From: Candidatus Sulfotelmatobacter sp.
GTDB taxonomy: Bacteria; Acidobacteriota; Terriglobia; Terriglobales; Acidobacteriaceae
DNA: 64,000 bases
Assembly: GCA_036490235.1 (NCBI GenBank)
Contig: DASXEG010000134.1
Span: forward strand, 9,835 to 73,834
Reading direction: 5' to 3'
A program made the translations under genes and the position numbers. Positions within the stretch are counted from its first letter, which is position 1, and every line of letters starts with the position of its first letter. This document shows positions 1 through 10,221 of this stretch, piece by piece. The notes beneath the pieces are model-generated. The model was not told the DNA's origin. It made no database searches and saw nothing but the letters and a program-made list of their open reading frames with translations.

Positions 1-1
1 T

Positions 2-1351
2 GGCCTGATGAAAGAGGAAATTCCCATTGGAGCGCGAATTTTGTCGGCCGTGGACTGCCTGGACGCTCTCGCTTCCGACCGTCAGTATCGTCCAGCAATT
101 CCACTCGATCAGGCAATGGCGACGGTGCGGGAAAAATCAGGCACCTGGTTCGATCCGCAAGTCGTGGACTTACTCGGGCGCCGCTATGTCGAACTCGAAC
201 GGTTGGCACAATCGAAGGACGCCGGTTTCGTACCATCTGGTTTCTCGAGGGAACTAAAGGTCGAGCGCGGCCATGCTCCCGCGGCGGGCTTTGAACGCTC
301 CAACGAAAATCCCCAGGCGGAGACGGATTTCCTTTCATCCATCGCCTCTGCGCGGCAGGAAGCGCAGGCCATGTTCGAACTGAGCCAGGATTTGGGAAAC
401 TCGCTCAGCCTTAGCGAAACGCTTTCTTTGCTCTCGATGCGCCTGCGTAAGTTGATTCATTACGATTCGATTGCGGTGTTTGTGAATCGTAATGGCTGGC
501 TGTTGCCAGAACTCGCCAGTGGAGAAAACTTCCGGCTTTTATCGTCGTTGAAAATTCGGGTCGGCGAAGGCCTATGCGGCTGGGTCGCCGAAAACGGCAA
601 GCCAATACTGAATGGCAATCCGCAAGTCGAAGCAGGCTTCGCCCCCGATCCGAAGGCTACGCCAATGGCTTCTGCGCTGGCCGTCCCACTGCAGGGACTG
701 ACCGGCGTAGTTGGTGTATTGGCCATGTACCACTCGAACCTCGATGCATTTACTCCGGACGACCTGAGAATTCTGCTGGCAGTGGCCTCAAAAGTTGCAC
801 TTTCGGTAGAAAACGCCCTCAAGTATCAGCAGGCCGAAAGCTCTGCTACAACAGACTTTCTTACCGGACTGCCCAACGCCCGCTCGCTCTTTATGCACCT
901 GGCGCAGGAAGTGGCACGCAGCCGCAGAATGAAGACTTCACTGGCGGTAATGGTCTGCGACATCGATGGGCTGAAGAAGGTCAACGATTCCTGCGGCCAT
1001 TTGGAGGGCGACAAACTTCTTCGTGAATTCAGCCTGCGATTGAAAGAAGTCTGCCGCGGTTACGATTACGTCGCCCGGATGGGCGGCGATGAATTCGTGA
1101 TTACTGCCCCGGGTCTGACTCCAGAAGCCGCGATCGAAAAAGCGCAGCGCCTGAATCAGGCTGCCATCGAAGCTGGCAGGCAGGTCTGCGGCCGCGATGT
1201 GACGACCCTCAGCGTTGGAAGTTCATTCTGTCCGGACGATGGCTATGACGTGGAATCTCTCCTGAGCGAGGCGGACCGACGCATGTATGCGGTCAAACAG
1301 ATTCATCACGCCGAAACAGATGCGCTGGCAAAAAGCGCAGCGGTGAAATAA
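2..1351 (+). CDS. c-di-GMP signalling protein with HD-GYP (C-terminal end only), GAF and GGDEF domains; 5'-truncated by the window edge
   Basis: The frame is open from base 2. IGARILSAVDCLDALASDRQYRPA matches the end of HD-GYP phosphohydrolase domains. The central LCGWVAENGKPIL...ALAVPL region looks like GAF. The C-terminus has GGDEF hallmarks (LAVMVCDIDGLKKVND, RMGGDEFVI). Confidence 0.85.
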   Translation, partial: GLMKEEIPIGARILSAVDCLDALASDRQYRPAIPLDQAMATVREKSGTWFDPQVVDLLGRRYVELERLAQSKDAGFVPSGFSRELKVERGHAPAAGFERSNENPQAETDFLSSIASARQEAQAMFELSQDLGNSLSLSETLSLLSMRLRKLIHYDSIAVFVNRNGWLLPELASGENFRLLSSLKIRVGEGLCGWVAENGKPILNGNPQVEAGFAPDPKATPMASALAVPLQGLTGVVGVLAMYHSNLDAFTPDDLRILLAVASKVALSVENALKYQQAESSATTDFLTGLPNARSLFMHLAQEVARSRRMKTSLAVMVCDIDGLKKVNDSCGHLEGDKLLREFSLRLKEVCRGYDYVARMGGDEFVITAPGLTPEAAIEKAQRLNQAAIEAGRQVCGRDVTTLSVGSSFCPDDGYDVESLLSEADRRMYAVKQIHHAETDALAKSAAVK

Positions 1352-2218
1352 GTGCTCAGGAACAGGATTGCCGGACACATTCTCGCATTAGTCGCAACCG
1401 TGCTGCTTGGAGGTTTGCTCTCGGCCACTCTAGTGCGTCTTGCGCCCGGCTTCGATGTCGATGAGCAGCAACTTGATCCACACTTGAGTTCGGCCAGCGT
1501 GGAAGCATTACGTGCCGCGCGAGTACAGGATCACAACATATTACGTTTCTATGTGTCATACATGAACCGCCTGGCGCATGGCGACTTGGGGACGTCGCTT
1601 TCTCTCAGCCAGCCGGTTCGAACTTTGCTGCGCGATCGCGCCCCGACCACGGTCAGATTGCTCCTTCTCGGTCTTGCAATGGCTTGGGCTGCTGCTTTGT
1701 CTCTGGCGCTGAGCGCGGCGCGGCTGCGGCTTGCAGGTTATGACGCGGCCGGCACGCTTCTTAGCGGAACGCTCCTGTGTCTTCCCGCTGCCGTTCTCGC
1801 CCTGCTTTCCGTTTTGTGGAACGTGCCCGGTTCGCTGGCAATAGCCCTTATCGTTTTCCCGCATGTATATCGCTATGCGAGAAATCTCTTAGCGAAATCG
1901 TACACTCTGCCGCACATCGTTACGGCGCGAGCTAAGGGTCTCAGTGAAGCTCGCATTCTCTTCTGGCATGTTCTTCCGGGAGTCGCTCCGCAATTGCTCG
2001 CGATCGGCGGAGTTTCCATCAGCATGGCGATTGGTGCGGCGATTCCTGTAGAAGCTCTTTGCGGCGTGGCCGGCATTGGCCAACTCGCCTGGCAAGCGGC
2101 CCTGGCACGCGATCTGCCTTTGCTGGTCAACCTCACCGTCCTCGTGACGCTCGTAACCTTGCTGGCAAACTCCGGAGCCGATGTAATCGGTCAGATGATC
2201 CGGGGCCAGGAATTATGA
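1352..2218 (+). CDS. ABC transporter permease, peptide/nickel (DppB/OppB-like)
   Basis: It is multi-TM, with an N-terminus ending ...LAPGFDV typical of DppB/OppB. An EAA-like loop is present (TARAKGLSEARILFWHVLP). The GTG start directly follows the upstream TAA stop. Confidence 0.85.
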   Translation: MLRNRIAGHILALVATVLLGGLLSATLVRLAPGFDVDEQQLDPHLSSASVEALRAARVQDHNILRFYVSYMNRLAHGDLGTSLSLSQPVRTLLRDRAPTTVRLLLLGLAMAWAAALSLALSAARLRLAGYDAAGTLLSGTLLCLPAAVLALLSVLWNVPGSLAIALIVFPHVYRYARNLLAKSYTLPHIVTARAKGLSEARILFWHVLPGVAPQLLAIGGVSISMAIGAAIPVEALCGVAGIGQLAWQAALARDLPLLVNLTVLVTLVTLLANSGADVIGQMIRGQEL

Positions 2219-3024
2219 ATCTCTGGCAGAAGCTGGCGTGTGCCTTTCTGGTGGTCGTGGTTTGCGCCGCTGCGGGGGCGAACTGGCTGGCTCCGATTGG
2301 GTATGCGAAGCAAGATCGCGAAGCGATTAGTGCAGAGCCTTCCCGCGCGCACTGGTTGGGAACGGACGAACTTGGGCGCGATCGCTTTGCGCGCGTGCTT
2401 TACGGAACACGGATTTCCTTGCTTTTGGCGCCGGCGGCGGCGCTGCTTTCAACGCTGATGGCAGCGTTGATTGGAGGCCTTTCCGGATATTTGGGCGGAA
2501 TCTGGGCGAAAGGCGCGATGGCAATGACCGACTTGTTCATGTCGCTGCCGTGGCTATTTCTGCTGATCACGGCGCGGGCTTTGATGCCGCTGAATGTGTC
2601 GCCTCTGTTTTCGGTTGTGGTCACATTTCTGCTGCTCGGCCTCCTGGGTTGGAGCACGGCGGCACGTGTGCTTTGCACTGCGGCTGGATCGTTGCGCTCG
2701 TCTGATTTTGTGCGCCAGGCGCGAGCCTCCGGAGTCCGAGGCGCCCGGCTGTTCTGGATTCACGTGCTACCGAACATGAAACCTGTGCTTTATGCGCAAT
2801 TCTGGATTTCAATTCCGGTGTTCATTCTGACCGAGGCCAATCTGGGTGTACTCGGCCTCGGAGTTTCCGAACCCATGCCTTCCTGGGGAAGCCTGTTGAG
2901 AGAACTTGAAGGCCTGGTTTCCCTTGGTGAAGAACCGTGGAAGTTTGTGTCCCTCGCTCTTTTGGTGGTCGTTGTGATGTCGTTTCAGCTCCTGCTCTCG
3001 AGGCAGGAAGAGATAGCTTTTTAG
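2215..3024 (+). CDS. ABC transporter permease, peptide/nickel (DppC/OppC-like)
   Basis: The ATG at 2215 overlaps the upstream stop (ATGA). HWLGTDELGRDRFARVLYG is the classic DppC/OppC N-terminal motif. I discard the 52 codons upstream in the ORF track because they overlap the previous gene. Confidence 0.85.
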   Translation: MNLWQKLACAFLVVVVCAAAGANWLAPIGYAKQDREAISAEPSRAHWLGTDELGRDRFARVLYGTRISLLLAPAAALLSTLMAALIGGLSGYLGGIWAKGAMAMTDLFMSLPWLFLLITARALMPLNVSPLFSVVVTFLLLGLLGWSTAARVLCTAAGSLRSSDFVRQARASGVRGARLFWIHVLPNMKPVLYAQFWISIPVFILTEANLGVLGLGVSEPMPSWGSLLRELEGLVSLGEEPWKFVSLALLVVVVMSFQLLLSRQEEIAF

Positions 3025-3035
3025 AGGAAGTCGAA

Positions 3036-4655
3036 ATGAAGAGAACCCGGGCAAGAATTCTAGCTGCCGCGCTAGTTGCGTTCACCTGTTTCCCAATCTT
3101 CGCGCTGGCGCAAAGCGGCGGAGAACTCCGTTTTTGCCTCCGCCTGGAACCGAAGACATTCGATCCACTTAAAGTGGAAGACGAAGCTTCAGCTGCAGTT
3201 CGTTATCTCACAGGCGGAACGCTAATGCGGATCAACCGGCAGACTCAGGAGCTCGAGCCCGAGTTGGCGCTGGCGTGGAAGGTATCGAAGGATGGCCGCC
3301 AGATCAGCTTTCGCCTGCGCAGTGGAGTTGCTTTTTCCGATGGCACTCCGTTTTCGTCTTCGGACGTGGCATATACCATTCAGCAGTTGATGGATCCGGC
3401 TCTGCATTCGGCTACGGGCGACGCGTTTCGCTCCGGAACGGGCAGCGTTGAAACTAAGGTGATCTCTCCGACGCAGATCTCTGTTACTTTTCCTGCGCCG
3501 GTCGCAGAGCTTGACCGGCTTTTCGATCAGGTTGCAATTCTTTCGCAACATTCACCGAAGCGGGAACTGGCCGTGCTCGGGCCATTCATGCTCGCAGATT
3601 ACAAAGCGGGCGCATCGGTGCTGCTCAAACGAAATCCCAATTATTGGAAGACGGATGAACAGGGACGCAAGCTGCCATATCTCGATTCCATCCGCATGGA
3701 CATTCAGCCAAATCGCGATGTCGAGATGCTGCGCTTTAAGCGGGGAGAACTCGATCTCATCAACTCTCTCGATAGCGAATACTTCGACAAGCTGGCGTCC
3801 ACCTCGCCGCAGGTCGCTCATGATGCGGGACCATCCCTCGATAGCGAACAGCTATGGTTCAACGAAGTAGCGAAGGCACCCATTCCCGACTACAAGAAAG
3901 CATGGTTTCGGTCAGCAGAGTTTCGGCGAGCAGTTTCCGAAGCTATCAATCGCGAGGACTTGAGCCGCATCGTCTACCATGGGCATGCTCAGCCTGCCGC
4001 TGGGCCATTCTCTCCTTCGAATAAGTTCTGGTTCAACGCTAAACTCAAGCCGCTGGCCTACGATTCCGATGCCGCGCTGAAAGCCTTGCAGAACGCCGGT
4101 TTCCGCATGGAGAACGGCACGCTTAAGGACAAGGCTGGTAACGCCGTTGTGTTCTCGATCATTACCAACGCGGGCAGCAAACCGCGCGAGCGCATGGCAG
4201 TCCTGATCCAGGATGACCTGCAGAAAATCGGCATCCATGTGAACGTAGTCACGCTCGACTTCCCTTCCCTGATCGAGCGCATGACGCAAAGTTTTGATTA
4301 CGAAGCGATCATTCTCGGACTGACGAATGTCGATCTCGATCCCAATGGCGAGATGAACGTGTGGCTGAGTTCGGCCGAAAATCATCAGTGGAATCCCCAG
4401 CAAAAAGTTCCCGAAACAACATGGGAAGCGGAAATCGACCGGCTGATGCGCGCGCAGGCTTCGGCGATTGCTCCTTCGAAGCGTAAACAGGCGTTCGATC
4501 GCGTACAGGAAATCGTGGTGGAAGAGGAACCATTCATTTTCCTGATTAACAAGAATTCTCTGTCGGCCGTTTCAACCCGAGTACACGGCGCGGTTCCTGT
4601 CATCTTGTCGCCGCAGACATTCTGGAACGCAGAGCGGCTCACGGTTTCGCAGTAA
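3036..4655 (+). CDS. ABC transporter substrate-binding protein, family 5 (peptide/nickel)
   Basis: MKRTRARILAAALVAF... is a signal peptide. The length (~540 aa) and motifs (LKRNPNYW, ANLEVWLSS-like NVWLSSAENHQWN) fit SBP family 5. It sits inside the permease/ATPase operon. Confidence 0.85.
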   Translation: MKRTRARILAAALVAFTCFPIFALAQSGGELRFCLRLEPKTFDPLKVEDEASAAVRYLTGGTLMRINRQTQELEPELALAWKVSKDGRQISFRLRSGVAFSDGTPFSSSDVAYTIQQLMDPALHSATGDAFRSGTGSVETKVISPTQISVTFPAPVAELDRLFDQVAILSQHSPKRELAVLGPFMLADYKAGASVLLKRNPNYWKTDEQGRKLPYLDSIRMDIQPNRDVEMLRFKRGELDLINSLDSEYFDKLASTSPQVAHDAGPSLDSEQLWFNEVAKAPIPDYKKAWFRSAEFRRAVSEAINREDLSRIVYHGHAQPAAGPFSPSNKFWFNAKLKPLAYDSDAALKALQNAGFRMENGTLKDKAGNAVVFSIITNAGSKPRERMAVLIQDDLQKIGIHVNVVTLDFPSLIERMTQSFDYEAIILGLTNVDLDPNGEMNVWLSSAENHQWNPQQKVPETTWEAEIDRLMRAQASAIAPSKRKQAFDRVQEIVVEEEPFIFLINKNSLSAVSTRVHGAVPVILSPQTFWNAERLTVSQ

Positions 4656-4694
4656 TCGCACGGACTTTCGGATTCGCACGCATCCAGAAATGAA

Positions 4695-5537
4695 TTGATA
4701 TCGATGTCCTCCGCAATCCCCAATCCGGCTCTGCTTTCGGCGCGCCTCTCGGTTGCTTATTCCGCCAAGCAAGTCCTGCGCGATGTGCAGTTCGAAATCC
4801 AGCGCGGCGAAGTATTAGGCCTAGTCGGCCAGAGCGGCTCGGGCAAAAGCACCTTGGCAATGGCGATTCTTGGGCTTCTGGACAAAAAGACGACTCAAAC
4901 CGAAGGCGCCATCAAGTTTGAAGACCGCGATCTGTTGCAATTGTCCGAGCGCGAGCTTCGCACGCTGCGTGGCCGCGCCATCGCGCTCGTCTTGCAAAGC
5001 CCGCTTTCATCGCTGAATCCAGCGCTCCGCATTCGAACCCAACTCAAAGAAGCCTGGCGCGCTCACGCTCCCGGTTCTGGTGCCGAGTGCGAAGGAGCGA
5101 TTCGAAACTCTTTAGAGAGCGTCTCGCTACCCGCTACGACCGATTTTCTGTGCAAATATCCTTCGCAAATGAGCGTCGGACAAGCGCAACGTGTGTTGAT
5201 TGCAATGGCCATACTGCACCGGCCGGCGCTGCTCATCGCCGACGAGGCGACCAGCGCGCTTGATGTAATTACGCAATCCGAAATTCTCACCTTGTTTCGC
5301 GCCCTCAATCGCTCGACCGGAATGGCGATTCTGTATATTTCCCACGATCTCGCCTCCGTCGCGGGAATTTGCGATCGCATTGCGATTCTTCATCAGGGCG
5401 AGATCGTCGAGTGCGCCGCGACGGCACAAATATTTACCAGCCCGCAGCATTCGTATACGCAGCAACTCATGGCAGCTCTACCGCGCATTCCACACACACA
5501 GCTGGCCGCCGCAGCCCATGCAGCCACGGTGCGATAG
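4695..5537 (+). CDS. ABC transporter ATP-binding protein (DppD/OppD-like)
   Basis: Walker A is GQSGSGKST, the signature is MSVGQAQRV, and Walker B is LLIADEATSALD. Confidence 0.9.
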   Translation: MISMSSAIPNPALLSARLSVAYSAKQVLRDVQFEIQRGEVLGLVGQSGSGKSTLAMAILGLLDKKTTQTEGAIKFEDRDLLQLSERELRTLRGRAIALVLQSPLSSLNPALRIRTQLKEAWRAHAPGSGAECEGAIRNSLESVSLPATTDFLCKYPSQMSVGQAQRVLIAMAILHRPALLIADEATSALDVITQSEILTLFRALNRSTGMAILYISHDLASVAGICDRIAILHQGEIVECAATAQIFTSPQHSYTQQLMAALPRIPHTQLAAAAHAATVR

Positions 5538-5746
5538 CCACGAGTAATCCCGAGGTAACCACTGAGTTGTGTCGAATGTAATCGCCTTCGCCACCCTGGG
5601 ACAAACTGGCCTGCGCCCTCGCTCTTGGGACACACTGTCCCTAACCCGCTCGTCGTAACTTCCATAAGCATAACGGCATCAACAACTTACGCATCGCCAC
5701 TTGGCCCTTCCCGTGCACTCACCAATCCGACTCGAAGTACAAGTTT

Positions 5747-7576
5747 GTGCCATGGAAGGGTGAAAAACTTATGTCGCAGACATTAAAACCACAATCTCCC
5801 GGGCGCGGCGAACGTCACAGCGCAGCCTGGGGAAAACGCCTCGGCTATGTACTGGTATTGCTGGTGGCGCAAACAGCCTGGGGGCAGGCTCGCCCCGGCA
5901 AGTTCGCAAACGACCTGGGGCCGACTCTTGAGCGCGCCCATCAGGGCATTGCTAGCGCCCAGGAAACGGTCCGCGTAATCGTGCAGTACAAGCAAGTTCC
6001 GACCGCGACGCATTACGCAACTATGCAACAGCGCGGCGGGCTGCTTCACTCAAAGCTGCAAATGATCAAAGCCGCGGCTTTCACAGTTCCAGTGCGGGCG
6101 TTACCCCTGCTCGAAGCCGATCCAGAGATCGTCTCGGTCAGCGTCGACCACCCCATGCACTTGGCCGACGACGCCACCGATCTCGCAACCGGTGTTAATA
6201 CCGCATGGAATGCGGGCTACACGGGTGCAGGCATCGGCGTGGCGGTAATCGATAGCGGCATCAACGGCAATCATCCGGACCTTAAGAACTCGAGCCAGAC
6301 CGCATCGCGCGTGGTCTATCACCAGGACTTCACAGGAACCTCGACTTCTGGCGTCGGTGGCGCCCAGTGGGACCTGTACGGCCACGGCACTCACGTCGCC
6401 GGCATCATCGGCGGTAACGGATATCTCTCCGGCGGGCAGTATGAAGGCGTTGCGCCGGGAGTCAATCTGATTGATCTTCGCGCGCTCGATCTGAACGGCG
6501 TCGGCACCGATAGCAGCGTGATCGCGGCCATTCAGCAGGCCATTGCCCTACAGAGCACCTATAACATTCGAGTGATCAATCTCTCTCTCGGTCGCGGCAT
6601 CGCTGTCAGCTACACACAAGATCCTCTCTGCCAGGCGGTTGAGTCGGCATGGAAGGCGGGCATCGTTGTGGTTGTAGCTGCCGGCAATTATGGCCGCTTG
6701 AGCGTTTTCAACAGCAACGGTTACGGAACCGTTACCGCGCCGGGCAACGATCCTTACGTTCTCACGGTCGGTGCGACTAAGAGCAACGGATCGTCTTCAC
6801 CCTCGGCTGAAACTCTTGCCAGCTTCAGTTCGAAGGGCCCAACGACCTACGATCACGTAGTCAAGCCTGATCTCGTTGCGCCGGGCAACGACGTAGTTTC
6901 CCTTGCCGCGCCGGGTGCAACCCTGGAAGCTGCATACCCGGCAGAATTGGTGACCGGCAGCGACGGCAACAACGATTACTTCACGCTGAGCGGCACCAGC
7001 ATGGCGACTCCCGCGGTAGTGGGAGCCGTCGCCTTATTGCTGCAAGAGCATAGCTCGCTCACTCCTGATCAGGTGAAAGCTCGTCTGATGCAGACGACCT
7101 ACAAGATGAACCTGACTTCGACCAGCGCTTTTGTGCCCCATCTCTCGCAGACCTTCACCAGCTTGTACGATCTGTTCTCTGTTGGTTCCGGTCTGCTGAA
7201 CGTTCAGACCGCCATCAACAGCACCGCTCTCGCTCCGTCAACCGTTGGAGCGGCGCTTTCACCGAGCGTCGTCTACAACCCTCAGAACGGCACGGTTTCT
7301 CTGGCATACGGAAATTCGTCCGTATCGTCGAACTCAGTTGTCTGGGGAACCTCGGTGGTTTGGGGAGCGTCAGTGGTCTGGGGATCGGCGGAAGTGAGTG
7401 GTACCTCGGTCGTCTGGGGCAACTCAGTTCCTTGGAACAGTAGCGCCCTAAGTGCCTTCAGCGTAGTTTGGGGCTCGAGCGTGGGTACTGCGACACAGGC
7501 CACCAGCGTGGTCTGGGGAGCATCAGTCGGTAGTGCGGATGCCGCGTTCTCTGACGCCGGCGACGATGAGCAATAG
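5747..7576 (+). CDS. S8 family (subtilisin-like) serine peptidase with I9-like propeptide and C-terminal SVVWG repeats
   Basis: The catalytic triad motifs are VAVIDSGI (Asp), HGTHVAGII (His) and SGTSMATP (Ser). There is an N-terminal signal peptide plus an inhibitor-I9-like segment (VRVIVQYK...). Confidence 0.9.
   Translation: MPWKGEKLMSQTLKPQSPGRGERHSAAWGKRLGYVLVLLVAQTAWGQARPGKFANDLGPTLERAHQGIASAQETVRVIVQYKQVPTATHYATMQQRGGLLHSKLQMIKAAAFTVPVRALPLLEADPEIVSVSVDHPMHLADDATDLATGVNTAWNAGYTGAGIGVAVIDSGINGNHPDLKNSSQTASRVVYHQDFTGTSTSGVGGAQWDLYGHGTHVAGIIGGNGYLSGGQYEGVAPGVNLIDLRALDLNGVGTDSSVIAAIQQAIALQSTYNIRVINLSLGRGIAVSYTQDPLCQAVESAWKAGIVVVVAAGNYGRLSVFNSNGYGTVTAPGNDPYVLTVGATKSNGSSSPSAETLASFSSKGPTTYDHVVKPDLVAPGNDVVSLAAPGATLEAAYPAELVTGSDGNNDYFTLSGTSMATPAVVGAVALLLQEHSSLTPDQVKARLMQTTYKMNLTSTSAFVPHLSQTFTSLYDLFSVGSGLLNVQTAINSTALAPSTVGAALSPSVVYNPQNGTVSLAYGNSSVSSNSVVWGTSVVWGASVVWGSAEVSGTSVVWGNSVPWNSSALSAFSVVWGSSVGTATQATSVVWGASVGSADAAFSDAGDDEQ
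7331..7522 (+). repeat. Coding tandem repeat (about 7 copies of S-V-V-W-G-x-S) in the S8 peptidase C-terminus
   Basis: Translation reads NSVVWGTSVVWGASVVWGSAEVSGTSVVWGNSVPWNSSALSAFSVVWGSSVGTATQATSVVWGAS. The matching nucleotide repeat is gt(g/t)gt(c/t)tgggg. Confidence 0.8.
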
Positions 7577-7609
7577 CCGTGAATAAACGCACCTTGAAAG
7601 GAGGACAAT

Positions 7610-8332
7610 ATGAACTCACGGCTAACTAAAACATTCATCGGCACAATGGTTGTGGCAGCGGGAGCAAGCATTACATACGCTGCGGCCCAGAGCCACACCA
7701 TGCACACCTACTACGCTCTGGCAATACTTGCACTGGCAGCGGCAACTTCTCGCATGAAAGTAAAGCTGCCCGGGATTGAAGGCAACATGTCAGTGAACCT
7801 TCCGTTCCTGCTCACGGCGGTGATCACGCTGAGCGCGGTGGAAGCAGTCGCAATCGCCTGCTTGTCCACAGTGGTTCAGTGCTGGCCCAAGCAGGGCGGC
7901 AAGTTCAAAGCCGAGCAAATGCTGTTCAATGTCAGCATGATGGGTTTAGCTGCAAGCCTCGCAAACCTGGTTTGGAACGTGGGCTGGAGCAGGGCGGATT
8001 GGGCAACTGAGCCGCTAATGCTCGCCGCAGCCACTGCCACTTTCTTCTTCGGGCAAACGGTTCCGGTGGCGGTAATCATCAAGCTGACTCAGAACGAGTC
8101 GATGCGCAAGATTTGGACGAGCATCGCACTAATGTCATTCCCGTACTTCGTCTTGAGTGCGGGTGTGACCACGATGCTCGACCTGGTCAGCCATCGCTTC
8201 GGCTGGCAGGCGGCGGTGGTGATCTTCCCGTTGATGTACGGGATTCACCGCTCGCACCGGCTCTACTTCGCGCGGGAAGCAGAAGCGCTGGGGGCCCCGG
8301 CCTTAGCGCGAGCGGCATCAGCCAGCGCATAA
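7610..8332 (+). CDS. Hypothetical polytopic membrane protein
   Basis: It has six to seven hydrophobic segments, a GGAGGA RBS about 8 nt upstream, and a strong terminator downstream. I recognise no catalytic motif. Confidence 0.6.
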   Translation: MNSRLTKTFIGTMVVAAGASITYAAAQSHTMHTYYALAILALAAATSRMKVKLPGIEGNMSVNLPFLLTAVITLSAVEAVAIACLSTVVQCWPKQGGKFKAEQMLFNVSMMGLAASLANLVWNVGWSRADWATEPLMLAAATATFFFGQTVPVAVIIKLTQNESMRKIWTSIALMSFPYFVLSAGVTTMLDLVSHRFGWQAAVVIFPLMYGIHRSHRLYFAREAEALGAPALARAASASA

Positions 8333-8352
8333 TCGATTGTAGAAAGGTACTG

Positions 8353-8386
8353 GCGTTCCGGCATCTTCCGCCGGAACGCTTTTTTG
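8353..8386 (+). terminator. Rho-independent terminator
   Basis: A perfect 10-bp stem gcgttccggc / gccggaacgc has a 7-nt loop (atcttcc) and is followed by tttttt. Confidence 0.8.
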
Positions 8387-8498
8387 TTCTTAGCTCGGAA
8401 ATCCCGGGCCATCCTCTTGGAATCGAAATAGAAGCGTTATAGAGTGATCTTGCTGGGTGTCCGCACGTGCCCGGTCAAGGACTGTACGCAGACTACAC

Positions 8499-10160
8499 AT
8501 GAAGGTTTCCTTTCTAGCTTTGCCGGTCCTTGTGCTTGCCACTGTTCCTTCCTTTATCAACGCAAATGCGCAAACCTCTGGCGACTCCCAGAATGGCTGC
8601 GCATTACACGGAACCGTGATCGACTCCAAGACCGGGCAGCCGGTGAGAGGCGCCGAAGTCACGCTCCGTGGTTGGGGATTGAGTTCCTCAGGATCCTGGG
8701 TGGGCGGAGTGGGAAATCGCTCCGAGCCCACGGCCGCAATCTCTGACTCGGAAGGGCATTTTGCATTTGACAATCTCACCCCCGGACGATATCGAGTCAC
8801 AGCGTCTCGAAACGGTTATGTAAGCCGCGGACCCCGCCCAGGTGCAGGAGGGAGCTTGATTACGTTGTCTTCCGGCCAACAATCGTCCGACACGATTGTC
8901 CGGCTCACTCCTTCTGCGGTGCTCGCGGGCCGCGTCACGAGTGAGGGTGATGAACCTGTTCCGAACGTTTCAGTCGAAGCCATGAAGTATAACTATCAAA
9001 ATGAGCGGCGTCAGTTGACCGAGGTTGGAACCTCGACGACAGATGATCGCGGCGAATACCGTATCTGGGGTCTGCCTCCGGGAAAGTACTACATTCGCGC
9101 CACGCATCCCAGGGGGCAGACCGCGCGGCCCGGTGGCTTGCTCTATGTCCCTATTTTCTATCCCGGAGTGACCGATCCTTCGCGCACGCAACCGGTCGAT
9201 CTTCATCCCGGCGATGAAGCCACAGGCATTGATTTGAACTTTGTCTCGATGCACTCGGTCCGCGTAAGCGGACGAGTTCTGAACGCGAATTCTCAGCCCG
9301 AAAAAGGAGCGCAGGTTTCTCTCGTCGGCGGCTCGGGTAGCTTCACGTTCACTGCGGGCCAGGCTTCCTCAGACGCCAAAGGCGCGTTCGAGATTCGTGC
9401 CGTGCCGCCGGGGTCCTACACGCTCATCGCCGAGCAGTTCGGGAACGGCGAGAACGATAAGGTGATGCGCGGCCGGTCGCCGCTCGACGTGGGCGAGACG
9501 AATATTACTGATGCGGAAGTTGTCACGGGCCCGGGAGCGAGCGTAAGTGGGCACGTGCGCATCGAAGGAAAAAACTCTGCCGATCTCTCGAAGCTCAGCG
9601 TCATCCTCGATCCGCAAGATGATATGGCGTCGCTCGGCTTTGCCCCGGATGTGTCGAATGTTCACGTCCTGCCCGATGGCTCGTTCCAGTTTCATGACGT
9701 GCCTGAGGGAACTTATCGCATCAACGTGATCCCTCTGCCGAACGGTTATTACCTGAAGCCCGGTGGAGAAGGCGACGCGGTAGAAGCTGGCGTGAAGGTA
9801 GGGCGGAACCGTTCCGCAGCAGTAGACCTGACTTTGAGCGCCGGAGCGGGGCGCGTCAGCGGCACCGTCAGCAAAGATGACCAGGCATTTCCAGGCGCGA
9901 CAGTTGTGCTTGTACCCGATCCTCCGCGCCGAGCCGAGCCGCGATTCTACCGGCAGGCCCTCACGGATTCCGGCGGCCACTTCAATATTCAGAACGTGAT
10001 TCCGGGAAATTACAAACTCTTTGCATGGGAAGAAATTGACCGGGGAGCTTATTTCGATCTCGACTTTCTGCAGTCCTATGAGGATTCGGGCAAGGCTGTG
10101 AGCATCGAGGAAGGTTCAGCGCCCAATGTTGAGCTGGAGTTGATTCAGGGAAGCGAATAG
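8499..10160 (+). CDS. Secreted protein with repeated carboxypeptidase-regulatory-like domains
   Basis: The signal peptide is MKVSFLALPVLVLATVPSFINANA. Repeated G.V.D..G.P..GA.V.L / F.F..L.PG.Y modules are present (e.g. HGTVIDSKTGQPVRGAEVTL, FAFDNLTPGRYRV, FQFHDVPEGTYRI, FNIQNVIPGNYKL). Confidence 0.75.
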   Translation: MKVSFLALPVLVLATVPSFINANAQTSGDSQNGCALHGTVIDSKTGQPVRGAEVTLRGWGLSSSGSWVGGVGNRSEPTAAISDSEGHFAFDNLTPGRYRVTASRNGYVSRGPRPGAGGSLITLSSGQQSSDTIVRLTPSAVLAGRVTSEGDEPVPNVSVEAMKYNYQNERRQLTEVGTSTTDDRGEYRIWGLPPGKYYIRATHPRGQTARPGGLLYVPIFYPGVTDPSRTQPVDLHPGDEATGIDLNFVSMHSVRVSGRVLNANSQPEKGAQVSLVGGSGSFTFTAGQASSDAKGAFEIRAVPPGSYTLIAEQFGNGENDKVMRGRSPLDVGETNITDAEVVTGPGASVSGHVRIEGKNSADLSKLSVILDPQDDMASLGFAPDVSNVHVLPDGSFQFHDVPEGTYRINVIPLPNGYYLKPGGEGDAVEAGVKVGRNRSAAVDLTLSAGAGRVSGTVSKDDQAFPGATVVLVPDPPRRAEPRFYRQALTDSGGHFNIQNVIPGNYKLFAWEEIDRGAYFDLDFLQSYEDSGKAVSIEEGSAPNVELELIQGSE

Positions 10161-10221
10161 TAGGTAATGCATCAGTTCAACTGATAAATTACGGAATAGC
10201 TGGGCCGATACTCGATCTCGC

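Noticed and set aside
2059-3035. Extended starts of the second permease (2059) and of the substrate-binding protein (2937)
   Set aside because: The extensions overlap the preceding genes. Internal ATGs at 2215 (ATGA overlap) and 3036 (followed by a signal peptide) are the plausible starts.
7282-7707. Minus-strand ORF antisense to the S8 repeat region (PQTT repeats)
   Set aside because: It is the mirror image of the SVVWG coding repeats and it crosses the intergenic region and the next gene's start.
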